The notes beneath the pieces were generated by a model, which worked only from the letters and a program-made list of their open reading frames with translations, did not search any database and was not told the origin of the DNA. From NCBI GenBank assembly GCA_041486955.1, contig JBGPML010000002.1, positions 1 through 39,904 on the forward strand: a stretch of DNA of 39,904 nucleotides, written 5' to 3'. The DNA comes from Patescibacteria group bacterium. Its GTDB lineage: Bacteria > Patescibacteriota > UBA1384 > 2-12-FULL-50-11 > DASWYB01. Position 1 is the stretch's first letter, and the number at the start of each line of letters is the position of its first letter. Made by a program: the position numbers and the translations under genes. Of the stretch, positions 1 to 8,168 are shown piece after piece.

Positions 1-834
1 TCATGGCGAAGTGTTGCAAAAAGCGAAGCGGCCGAAATTACGGTTATTCCTCCGTCAAAAGACGGAGTCGTTGACCCACAAGCATTTGTAGAGGCAATAA
101 AAGACACCACTGCCTTGATCGGTTGTATCTACGTCAGTAATGAGATTGGGACGGTTCAGCCGGTTGAAGCCATAGGTAAAGGGGTCGAAGCCTGGCGTTT
201 GGCTCATAAATCGATCTGGCCAGTATTCCATACCGACGCAGTTCAAGCCATTCCATACCAAAATACCCACTTTGGCCATACCCATGCTGATGCCATGACG
301 ATTTCAGGTCATAAATTTGGCGCTCTGGAAGGTGTTGGAGCGTTGATTATTAAAAAACATGTCCCAATTATGAGTGTGATAAAAGGTGGGGGACAGGAAT
401 GGGGTTATCGGGCCGGGACTGAAAATGTTTTGGGGATTGTTTCTCTGGCCACAGCTCTTGAAGCGAGCGATACCAACCGAGATGAGCTTACTCGTCATGC
501 GAGCCAACTTCAGTCTGAACTTGAATCCGAACTTAGAAAAACATTTCCTGAAGTGACCTTACTGGGGGGTAATGTGGCTCGTTCGCCTCATATTACCTAT
601 CTGTGGTGGCCGGGTATGATTGATGAAACGTTAGTTCAAAAACTCGATTTAGCTGGTGTCGCTAGTTCGAGCGGTTCTGCTTGCAGTAGCGGCGCTATGT
701 TGCCATCGTCTACTCTTCTAGCAATGGGGTATTCCGACGAAGAAGCGTTCGGTGGACTCCGACTGAGTTATGGTCGATTCACCGTATCGCAAGAGCTTCA
801 GGCGATACTTTCGATTCTCAAGTCATCAGTATAA
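1..834 (+). CDS. cysteine desulfurase (class V aminotransferase, NifS/IscS-like), 5' end outside window
   Basis: Frame 1 is open from nt 1. PLP-lysine motif SGHKF and catalytic-Cys loop SSGSACSS are present. Stop TAA at 832-834. Confidence 0.85.
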   Translation, partial: SWRSVAKSEAAEITVIPPSKDGVVDPQAFVEAIKDTTALIGCIYVSNEIGTVQPVEAIGKGVEAWRLAHKSIWPVFHTDAVQAIPYQNTHFGHTHADAMTISGHKFGALEGVGALIIKKHVPIMSVIKGGGQEWGYRAGTENVLGIVSLATALEASDTNRDELTRHASQLQSELESELRKTFPEVTLLGGNVARSPHITYLWWPGMIDETLVQKLDLAGVASSSGSACSSGAMLPSSTLLAMGYSDEEAFGGLRLSYGRFTVSQELQAILSILKSSV

Positions 835-870
835 TTTTTCATTCTTTTTCGAGCGTGCTACCATAGAACC

Positions 871-1833
871 ATGATCTGGGTCGACTGGATAATCATACTT
901 ATGGTGGCGATCGGTCTGTGGCAAGGCTTTATTCGAGGTTTTGTGTCACAGCTTTTTCTCATTGTAAGTGTTGTCGCCGCACTGTTTCTCTCATTCCTGC
1001 TCTTTCCGAAAATCGGTGGTTGGCTCGAGACCCAGCTGCATTTTCCAATTTCATATGCCAGACCGCTTGCTCTAGGAGTCGTCTTTTTCACGCTCACATT
1101 CGTGCTGCAATTTTTATCAGGGTTTGTCCAAAAGATGATTGGTCCGATGGTGAAAGCCAATATGATCAACCGAGTGGCTGGAACTGTTCTTGGGGCATTA
1201 CGGCAATTGCTGAATGTTGCTATAGCGTTAGCCATTGTGATTAGTTTACCCGTTCCGGCCGAAGTGAAAGCCAATATTGACAATTCAAAACTGGCCCCAA
1301 CGTTATTAAAATTAGCCCTTACGTTGGAAGATAAATTAGCTTCTTTGCTCCATGATGACTCACTCAAGAGTTTGAGCTATCGGATTGTTGGTACGGAGGA
1401 ATCAACCTCTACTGCCTTGAATTACACCGTTGCGGACCCAAAAATCGACACTGAGGGGGAACTCAAGATGCTGGCCCTGACCAATGCCGTGCGGCATGAT
1501 CAGAATGTTGGACTACTCATACCCAATCCTGAATTACAGGCAGTTGCTCGTGCTCACGCCAAAGATATGTTAAACAGAGGCTATTTTGCCCATGTTTCGC
1601 CCGAAGGTAAAGATGCCCTGGCTCGAATCCAAGACGCCAATATTGCGGTCTTTTCGGTTGGGGAGAATTTAGCCAGTGCCGCCACGGTTGATATTGCTGA
1701 GGGCGGGCTGTTAGCGTCGCCTGGGCATCGTAAGAATATTTTGAACCCCGATTTTAATCAGGTTGGTATTGGAGTGCTTGACGCGGGGAAGCACGGCAAA
1801 ATGGTAGTTGAAGTCTTTGCCAAACGCTATTAG
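871..1833 (+). CDS. CvpA-family membrane protein fused to a C-terminal CAP/SCP (YkwD-like) domain
   Basis: The N-terminal ~150 aa has several hydrophobic helices typical of CvpA (MIWVDWIIILMVAIGLWQGF...). The C-terminus has YFAHVSPEG...GENLA...GHRKNILNPDFNQVGIGV, typical of SCP/CAP domains. Confidence 0.75.
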   Translation: MIWVDWIIILMVAIGLWQGFIRGFVSQLFLIVSVVAALFLSFLLFPKIGGWLETQLHFPISYARPLALGVVFFTLTFVLQFLSGFVQKMIGPMVKANMINRVAGTVLGALRQLLNVAIALAIVISLPVPAEVKANIDNSKLAPTLLKLALTLEDKLASLLHDDSLKSLSYRIVGTEESTSTALNYTVADPKIDTEGELKMLALTNAVRHDQNVGLLIPNPELQAVARAHAKDMLNRGYFAHVSPEGKDALARIQDANIAVFSVGENLASAATVDIAEGGLLASPGHRKNILNPDFNQVGIGVLDAGKHGKMVVEVFAKRY

Positions 1834-1834
1834 T

Positions 1835-1958
1835 TAAGATGTTTAGGTTAGCAAATCACTGCGTTATGGTCTGCGGTCCTCGTTCTATGTACATTCAGAG
1901 TACACATCACTCCGCTTCTCGACCAAGCCTTGTGATTTATCTAACCTAAATCATCTTA
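1835..1958. repeat. palindromic element copy C1: ~68-nt conserved core nested in a 25-bp unrelated outer stem, followed by T5
   Basis: Outer arms taagatgtttaggttagcaaatcac / gtgatttatctaacctaaatcatctta are near-complementary. Core is gcgttatggtctgcggtcctcgttctatgtacattcagagtacacatcactccgcttctcgaccaagcc. T-run at 1959-1963. Confidence 0.6.
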
Positions 1959-2202
1959 TTTTTACTATGCGCTTCTCCTAAAGTATTGACATAATTGACC
2001 TATTTGTTATCCTTACAAGGTGTTCCTTAACTTTTACTCGTATGGTCGTATGCCACAAGGTACATGATCAGCGCGAGAGCAGCCACACAATCTGGGAAGG
2101 GTAAGTCTTTCTCGTTATAGAGAACTCGCGACAAACAAATTTTGCCGGGGTTCAAAAGAATCTCTTTAAAAGGTCGAAGTGCGCTGTGAATTTTAAGACA
2201 CG

Positions 2203-2784
2203 TTGGAGGCACCTATTCGTACGAACCACAACGGTTTGGTGCTTTTGGCTGGTTTGGCAGTTTTAATGAGCTGCTTGGTAATACCTTCGGCTGTTTCAGC
2301 CGCTCCAGCTAGCACGACCGCCTCAGGGGTCCGGACAAACAAGGCGATCCCCCAAAAACGCCCTCCAGTAGCGAAAGCTTCCTATTCTAGATTTAAACTA
2401 GTGTCTCTTCCGCAAGAAATTGCAGGAGACGCCCGATCGGCCGAAATTGTTGACCGCGCCAAATCACTAGTTGGATCAAGATATAGATGGGGAGGCATTA
2501 GCCGGGCAACCGGCTTTGACTGTTCAGGCTTGGTTTTGTATACCACGGGCCGCTTGGGATCACTCCCACGCAGCGCCAATGGTCTGTTCCGTGCCGTAAG
2601 TAAGTCAAAAACAATGCGTCCTGGAGATGTTGTCTTCTTTGGCCGAGGATGGGTTGGCCACACCGGTATTTATGCCGGGAATGGTCAGGTTATCCACGCT
2701 TCTACCTACAGAACCGGAGTGCGGGTTGATAATATCAACACGTTAGCGAGGTCATTAGGGTTTATGGGAGTTGGCCAGATCTAA
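2203..2784 (+). CDS. secreted NlpC/P60-family peptidoglycan endopeptidase
   Basis: Hydrophobic signal-like N-terminus ending SAVSAAP. Catalytic Cys context RYRWGGISRATGFDCSGLV and downstream GHTGIY His. The start (TTG 2203) is uncertain. Confidence 0.85.
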   Translation: MEAPIRTNHNGLVLLAGLAVLMSCLVIPSAVSAAPASTTASGVRTNKAIPQKRPPVAKASYSRFKLVSLPQEIAGDARSAEIVDRAKSLVGSRYRWGGISRATGFDCSGLVLYTTGRLGSLPRSANGLFRAVSKSKTMRPGDVVFFGRGWVGHTGIYAGNGQVIHASTYRTGVRVDNINTLARSLGFMGVGQI

Positions 2785-2790
2785 CAATTG

Positions 2791-2842
2791 AATCTAAGTT
2801 ATAACAATACCGCCGGGAGGCGGTATTGTTATAACTTAGATT
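2791..2842. repeat. perfect 24-bp inverted repeat with GGGA loop directly after the NlpC/P60 stop
   Basis: aatctaagttataacaataccgcc GGGA ggcggtattgttataacttagatt, read directly. There is no immediate T-run. Confidence 0.9.
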
Positions 2843-2952
2843 GACAGAGTTGGGCTTTTTCATCGTTGAGCTTCCGAGTCTCGCTCGATGTACATTTGAG
2901 TACACCTTACTTCGATTCTCAGCTCGCCTCGAAAAATCTCCAACTTTGTCAA
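2841..2952. repeat. palindromic element copy C2: conserved core nested in a 13-bp plus ~6-bp outer stem
   Basis: Outer arms ttgacagagttgg / ccaactttgtcaa pair fully (one G-T), then ctttttc / gaaaaat. Core is tcgttgagcttccgagtctcgctcgatgtacatttgagtacaccttacttcgattctcagctcgcc. Confidence 0.6.
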
Positions 2953-2983
2953 TCTTGGCCTGATAACCAAGTCGTCTGAGGAG

Positions 2984-3088
2984 CTATCCTAACTTTTTCA
3001 CTGAATTAGTCTCTCGGAGAGGTTTAAAAAAGACATATTGAACCTGGGGATCTGCATTCCGCCCCATAATGCATGATTCCTGATTCAT
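2984..3088 (-). CDS. possible 34-aa small ORF (MNQESCIMGRNADPQVQYVFFKPLRETNSVKKLG)
   Basis: Strong SD GAGGAGGTG lies 4 nt upstream of the ATG on the minus strand, divergent from mnmA. No similarity recognised. Below the ORF-track size cutoff. Confidence 0.25.
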   Translation of the reverse strand: MNQESCIMGRNADPQVQYVFFKPLRETNSVKKLG

Positions 3089-3109
3089 AATTCACCTCCT
3101 CAAAATAAC

Positions 3110-3138
3110 TTGTCGAAAGGGGGGATTTTTAGTAGAAT
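3110..3138 (+). promoter_or_regulatory. sigma70-like promoter TTGTCG-17-TAGAAT; -10 ends 8 nt before the mnmA ATG (leaderless-type)
   Basis: Hexamers and 17-nt spacer read directly. No SD between the -10 and ATG 3147. Confidence 0.4.
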
Positions 3139-3146
3139 ACTACCTT

Positions 3147-4214
3147 ATGGAAACGGATAAGAAATCCACTGTAGTAGTGGGAATGAGTGGAGGGGTAGAT
3201 TCATCTTTAACTGCAGCTCTGTTAATCGAACAGGGCTATGCTGTCATTGGTGTCTATATGAAAAACTGGTCTGAACCAATCGCCGGGGTTGAGCATTGTC
3301 CTTGGGTGAAGGATCAGTTTGATGCCAGACAAGTAGCTCATCAATTAGGTATTCCATTTTTTACCGTCAATTTCGAAGAATTATACAAGAAACAGGTCAT
3401 TGATAGCTTTTTTGCCGATTATTCCCGTGGCCGAACACCAAATCCCGACGTTTTATGCAATAAATTCATCAAATTCGAAGCTTTTTATAGCTATGCCCGG
3501 TCACTGGGAGCAGATTTTATTGCCACTGGTCATTATGCCCAAGTAAAAGATGGACAAATTTTAAAAGGTCTTGATACGAATAAGGATCAAACTTATTTTC
3601 TCTGGGCAATCGATAAGCAAGTTTTACCTCGTATTCTCTTCCCACTGGGAGGCATGAACAAATCTGAAGTGCGTAAACAGGCAGAAGCTCGTGGGTTGGC
3701 CACGGCGAAGAAACGTGATAGCCAGGGGATCTGTTTTATCGGTCAAGCTGACGTCCATGACTTTATCGCTCAAGAGTTAAAGCCGAAGGAGGGAAATATT
3801 ATTTCGTCCACTGGAGAAATCTTAGGCACTCATACTGGAGCCTGGTTCTATACGCTTGGTCAACGTCATGGGTTACAAAATCTGAATTGGCCAGACTCGT
3901 GTCATCGTCCACCGCTGTATGTCATTGCCACTGATATACGAGCTAACACGGTAACTGTCGGCGAAGAAAAGGCACTCTATAACAATACGTTGAAGGCTGA
4001 ATCACCGTCTTGGCTAGGAGATGAACCAAAAGCTGATGCCAAACTTCAGGCTAAAATACGATACGGTCAAACTCCGGCTGAGTGTGCTATAGTCGAAACC
4101 AGTGCCGACGGCCTGACGGTGCGTTTTGATCAACCACAGCGGGCTATTACTCCCGGGCAATCCTTGGTACTGTATGATGGTGATCGTTTAGTCGGTGGAG
4201 CAATAATCACATAA
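3147..4214 (+). CDS. mnmA: tRNA-specific 2-thiouridylase MnmA
   Basis: PP-loop VVGMSGGVDSS. Conserved NPDVLCNKFIKF, GHYA, KDQTYFL and DSQGICFIG blocks. Confidence 0.95.
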   Translation: METDKKSTVVVGMSGGVDSSLTAALLIEQGYAVIGVYMKNWSEPIAGVEHCPWVKDQFDARQVAHQLGIPFFTVNFEELYKKQVIDSFFADYSRGRTPNPDVLCNKFIKFEAFYSYARSLGADFIATGHYAQVKDGQILKGLDTNKDQTYFLWAIDKQVLPRILFPLGGMNKSEVRKQAEARGLATAKKRDSQGICFIGQADVHDFIAQELKPKEGNIISSTGEILGTHTGAWFYTLGQRHGLQNLNWPDSCHRPPLYVIATDIRANTVTVGEEKALYNNTLKAESPSWLGDEPKADAKLQAKIRYGQTPAECAIVETSADGLTVRFDQPQRAITPGQSLVLYDGDRLVGGAIIT

Positions 4215-4237
4215 TCTCTTCAAAATGGAGGAATCGA

Positions 4238-5425
4238 ATGCAGTACGATACGAAATTTAATATCAAAGCCTTCAACCTGTTTCTAGCCCTTTTATTAGTA
4301 TTCGGTGGTGGCTACTGGCTTGGGCGGTCTCAGGACAGTACAACAGGTTCGACACCCGTAGCCGTAACGCATCAAAATAGTGGTAAACCAGGATCTGTCG
4401 ATTTTAGTCTGTTTTGGGACGCCTGGAATGTTGTTTCCGATAAATACGTTAAAACACCGAACGACCAAGACCGTGTCTATGGAGCGATTTCGGGGATGGT
4501 GGCTGGCTTAGGCGACCCATTTAGCGTCTATATGAAACCAACTGAAACGACTCGTTTTAATGAAGATATCAATGGCAATTTTGAAGGTATTGGGGCAGAG
4601 CTGATTCAAAAAGACGGCTTCGTCACCGTGGTGTCTGCTCTCGATGATTCGCCAGCCGCCAAAGCTGGCCTCAAGCCTGATGATGTCATTGTCAAAATCG
4701 ACGATAAAGACACTCCAACATCTCTCGAAGATGCGGTTAAACTAATCCGCGGCCAAAAAGGGACACAAGTTAAATTAGGCATTGTCCGACACGGCAAAGC
4801 GCAAGAGTTTATCATTACTCGCGACACAGTTGAGGTCAAGAGCGTGACCTATACCCATAAAGACGACTTAGGAGTGATTAAAATCAATCAATTCACCGGT
4901 AATACTACCAAGTTACTCGATGACGCGCTGACGAAAGCGAAACAGGATAACGTTAAGGGACTCGTGCTTGACTTGCGCAACAATCCAGGCGGATTGCTCA
5001 CTGTCGCAGTTGAGGTTAGTAGCCGGTTCATGCAGCCGGGAACCGTCGTAATTGAGCGTGATAAAGCCAATAAAGAAACACCATTAAATACGGTTGATGT
5101 AACCGATAAAACCACAACGCCCATGGTTGTCCTCGTCAACAAAGGCTCAGCCAGTGCCAGTGAGATTTTTGCTGGGGCTATTCAAGATAGTGGTCGGGCG
5201 AAAATTGTTGGTGAGACCACGTTTGGTAAAGGTTCGGTTCAGTCAATCGAACCACTCAAGGACGGTTCATCAGTCCGGATTACGATTGCTGAATGGTTAA
5301 CACCTAAAAAGCGTGAGATTAACAAGGTAGGAGTTAAACCAGATATTGAAGTATCTATCACGGATGACGATGTTAAGAATTCGCGAGACCCGCAGTATGA
5401 TAAGGCCAAAGAGCTACTCAAGTAA
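4238..5425 (+). CDS. carboxy-terminal processing protease (S41 family, PDZ-containing)
   Basis: N-terminal TM, PDZ-like GIGAEL...VVSALDDSPAAKAGLKPDDVIVKID, S41 active-site block GSASASEIFAGAIQD and TFGKGSVQ. SD GGAGGA upstream. Confidence 0.9.
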   Translation: MQYDTKFNIKAFNLFLALLLVFGGGYWLGRSQDSTTGSTPVAVTHQNSGKPGSVDFSLFWDAWNVVSDKYVKTPNDQDRVYGAISGMVAGLGDPFSVYMKPTETTRFNEDINGNFEGIGAELIQKDGFVTVVSALDDSPAAKAGLKPDDVIVKIDDKDTPTSLEDAVKLIRGQKGTQVKLGIVRHGKAQEFIITRDTVEVKSVTYTHKDDLGVIKINQFTGNTTKLLDDALTKAKQDNVKGLVLDLRNNPGGLLTVAVEVSSRFMQPGTVVIERDKANKETPLNTVDVTDKTTTPMVVLVNKGSASASEIFAGAIQDSGRAKIVGETTFGKGSVQSIEPLKDGSSVRITIAEWLTPKKREINKVGVKPDIEVSITDDDVKNSRDPQYDKAKELLK

Positions 5426-5436
5426 TAGTGTTAAGG

Positions 5437-5630
5437 CGCTCGTCTCATAAGTTATCTGAAACGAGAGACAAAATCTTTCGAGCGAAAACCATGAATGAGC
5501 AAGGAAGCATAGCCAATCCGCCAGCCGGCGGAACGTTGACGAGCTCTGAATGGTTTGTGACCGAAGGAAATACCATGGGGGCAGCCGAAAGAGATGGCTC
5601 GTGGTTACTGATCAATTTATGAGATGAGTC
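5437..5630 (+). ncRNA. candidate rod-like structured RNA (~190 nt imperfect foldback); identity unknown
   Basis: 5444-5465 (ctcataagttatctgaaacgag) pairs with 5598-5623 (ctcgtggttactgatcaatttatgag). Inner helix aaaccat/atggttt plus gagc/gctc. Apical hairpin ccgcc-agcc-ggcgg at 5518-5531. Strand is assumed from the upstream gene. Confidence 0.3.
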
Positions 5631-5731
5631 CCTACACTTGCATTGCATAATACAACTACGATAAGCTAAATATAGACACAGTTATTTGTCCTGGAATTTT
5701 ACGTTTGAACATAGGACACTCTAAAGGAGGA

Positions 5732-6451
5732 ATGATGGACGCCCCAAATCAATCAGGTAATTCTACCCCCCCACCGTTACCAAATCAGCCAGCTGGCGCT
5801 ACTCCACCAGCTATGCCTTCGGCTCCGGCTATCCCTCCCACCGATATGCCACATCCAGTTGCGCCTCCGCCAGTAACCGCTCCAGCACCTCTTAAGCCTG
5901 AAGCGGAAGATCATCCACCAGCCGCTGGAGCGCCTCCAATGCCTCCACCGGCCCCAGTAACCCCACCCGCTCCCGCCAGTTTAGTTGTTCCTCCACCGCC
6001 AGGAGGAGCAACAGCTTCGGCTGATGTGACTTCTAAATCCGATATTCCACCATTATCACCTCCCCCCGCGGCAGGTGATACCACGACCCCACCTCCTCCT
6101 ATGAAAGAGGGAGGAGCGGGTGATGCGGGAATGCCTCATGCTGTTCTGCCGACTGACACTCCACCTCCACCGCCCGATGCCGCCCAAGCTGTCGCAGAAG
6201 AAGGTGCCAAACCGGAAGAAGAAAAGAAAAGCGGTGGGTTGCTGAAGATAATTATCATCGGAGTCGTCCTAATTGTTCTGGGCGGAGCGATTTATCTTAC
6301 CTCAACTTGTTCGCTGATTATCCCTGGTTTATCTGGCCTATTCGGATGTAGCACTAGCACCACCACCAGTACTGACCAAGGTTTTACGCCTTCGACCTCA
6401 GCAACTACTGATACCTCGACTCAAGATAGTACCTCTCCCACAACTCCGTAA
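5732..6451 (+). CDS. proline/alanine-rich single-pass membrane protein with Ser/Thr-rich C-terminal tail
   Basis: SD AAAGGAGG precedes ATG 5732. Long PPxP low-complexity N-terminal part, TM LLKIIIIGVVLIVLGGAIYL, then an STT-rich tail. Confidence 0.6.
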   Translation: MMDAPNQSGNSTPPPLPNQPAGATPPAMPSAPAIPPTDMPHPVAPPPVTAPAPLKPEAEDHPPAAGAPPMPPPAPVTPPAPASLVVPPPPGGATASADVTSKSDIPPLSPPPAAGDTTTPPPPMKEGGAGDAGMPHAVLPTDTPPPPPDAAQAVAEEGAKPEEEKKSGGLLKIIIIGVVLIVLGGAIYLTSTCSLIIPGLSGLFGCSTSTTTSTDQGFTPSTSATTDTSTQDSTSPTTP

Positions 6452-6515
6452 CCCTCGCATTGCTCTAACCTCCAAAAAGTGAGATACTCAATCGCAAAGA
6501 AAGACAGGAGTTAGT

Positions 6516-7079
6516 ATGCCATTGGTATGGATTATTATTGGTTTAATCGTTATTGTCGTGTTGTGGATCATTGGTGCCTACAACAGTCTCGTTCGAAATA
6601 AAATCCGGTCTGAAGAGGCTTGGAGTGATATTGATGTTCAGCTCAAACGTCGCTACGACCTGATCCCGAATCTGGTTGAGACAGTCAAAGCCTATGCCAA
6701 GCACGAAAAACAGGTGTTTGAATCGGTAACCGAAGCTCGCACCGCGGCAATGAAAGCCAAGAGTCCTGAATCGAAGCAGGAAGCTGAAAATATGCTGTCC
6801 GGAACCCTCAAGACTCTGTTTGCAGTGGCTGAAGCCTATCCGCAGCTCAAAGCCAGTGATAATTTTAAGGAACTTCAAACTGAACTCAGCGATACCGAGA
6901 ATAAAATAGAAGCCTCGCGTCGTTTTTACAACGCCAATGTCCGCGACTTCAACATCTCGCTCCACACCTTTCCTACTAGCCTGATTGCCGGTGGTCTTGG
7001 GTTCAAACCAAAAGATCTCTTCGAATCATCTGACTCAGAACGCGAAACGCCAAAAGTTAGCTTCGAAGACAAAAGCTAA
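6516..7079 (+). CDS. lemA: LemA family membrane protein
   Basis: N-terminal TM, then YNSLV...EAWSDIDVQLKRRYDLIPNLVETVK...E..V...V..AR, characteristic of LemA. SD AGGAG upstream. Confidence 0.9.
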   Translation: MPLVWIIIGLIVIVVLWIIGAYNSLVRNKIRSEEAWSDIDVQLKRRYDLIPNLVETVKAYAKHEKQVFESVTEARTAAMKAKSPESKQEAENMLSGTLKTLFAVAEAYPQLKASDNFKELQTELSDTENKIEASRRFYNANVRDFNISLHTFPTSLIAGGLGFKPKDLFESSDSERETPKVSFEDKS

Positions 7080-7102
7080 TTATCAGGACTTCGATACATG
7101 AG

Positions 7103-7128
7103 ATGCAACCTTGTTCTCAAGGTTGCAT
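7103..7128 (+). terminator. 10-bp perfect hairpin between lemA and htpX (weak terminator or attenuator)
   Basis: atgcaacctt-gttctc-aaggttgcat followed by ttgtgt. Confidence 0.4.
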
Positions 7129-7146
7129 TTGTGTATGCTATAGCCC

Positions 7147-8031
7147 ATGTATAAACAGATCGATAGTAATAAAAATAAAACAGCCCTGCTCATTGGTGCA
7201 TTTTTAGTCTTTGTCATCGGATTCGGGTGGGTTCTGTCTCGAGCCTTTGATAATCCAGCGATCCTATTCATTGCGGTAGTTTTTAGCTTTATCCAAGCTT
7301 GGGTCGGTTACTTCTACGCCGATAAGATTGCTTTGGCGGTTTCTGGCGCTCATCCGCTGGAACGAAAAGAAGCGCCCGGACTGTTTCACATTGTCGAAAA
7401 TCTGGCGATTGCGGCTGGTATTCCTGCTCCGCCGCTCTATCTGATTGATGACTCGGCGCCAAACGCCTTTGCCACTGGCCGTGACCCGAGCCACGCCGCG
7501 GTTGCTGTAACCAGTGGACTTCTTGAAAAATTGAACAAAACTGAGTTAGAAGGAGTTATTGCCCATGAACTCAGCCATGTCACCAATTATGATATCCGCC
7601 TTTCGACGATTGTCGTTGTCCTCGTTGGAATTATAGCGTTGGCTTCCGATTGGTTCTTACGCTCAATGTTTTGGGGTGGAGGACGCCGTAATCGAGATAA
7701 CGACGGCGGTAACGGCTTGTTTGTAATACTTGGCATTATTTTGGCCATTTTAGCCCCGATTGCGGCTACGTTGATACAACTAGCCGTTTCGCGCAAGCGC
7801 GAGTTTCTTGCCGACGCAAGTGGGGCCTTGCTTACCCGCTATCCAGAAGGTCTGGCCAGCGCATTAGAGAAGATCGCTCGAGATAAAGAACCCTTGGAAG
7901 TCGCCAATAAAGCCACGGCCCATATGTATTTTGAGAACCCCTTAAAAAATTACTCGGGGACTGTCAACAATCTCTTTTCCACCCATCCGCCGGTGGAGGA
8001 GCGAATCAAAGCCCTACGCGAAATGGCCTAA
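7147..8031 (+). CDS. htpX: M48-family zinc metalloprotease HtpX
   Basis: HELSHV (HExxH) motif, four hydrophobic segments, C-terminal STHPPVEERI block typical of HtpX. Confidence 0.9.
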   Translation: MYKQIDSNKNKTALLIGAFLVFVIGFGWVLSRAFDNPAILFIAVVFSFIQAWVGYFYADKIALAVSGAHPLERKEAPGLFHIVENLAIAAGIPAPPLYLIDDSAPNAFATGRDPSHAAVAVTSGLLEKLNKTELEGVIAHELSHVTNYDIRLSTIVVVLVGIIALASDWFLRSMFWGGGRRNRDNDGGNGLFVILGIILAILAPIAATLIQLAVSRKREFLADASGALLTRYPEGLASALEKIARDKEPLEVANKATAHMYFENPLKNYSGTVNNLFSTHPPVEERIKALREMA

Positions 8032-8052
8032 GACGTCGATTTGGCTGATTTC

Positions 8053-8131
8053 GGCGTTAAAACTTCCGGTGCTCGCTCGATGTACCACCACGTACACCTC
8101 GCTTTGCTCCTCGTTCTGCCTTGTAAAAACC
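8053..8131. repeat. palindromic element copy C3 (core only, more degenerate)
   Basis: ggcgttaaaacttccggtgctcgctcgatgtaccaccacgtacacctcgctttgctcctcgttctgcc shares the ...TTCCG.G.CTCGCTCGATGTAC-N6-GTACACCT...GCC core with C2. Lies between convergent htpX and the trmB-like gene. Confidence 0.5.
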
Positions 8132-8168
8132 TCAAATTATACCCTTAGATTTACGAAAGTAGCGTACT

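Noticed and set aside
5428-5648. Two mutually antisense small ORFs (64 and 67 aa) in the ctpA to Pro-rich-gene gap
   Set aside because: They have no convincing SD, a non-ATG start for the plus ORF, and no recognisable family. The interval folds into one long foldback, so an RNA or structural explanation is preferred. A small protein cannot be fully excluded.
6543-6965. 140-aa minus-strand ORF antisense to lemA, and similar antisense ORFs within gatA, gatB, proS, tig and others
   Set aside because: Each lies fully inside a strongly supported conserved gene on the opposite strand and lacks RBS or family signatures.
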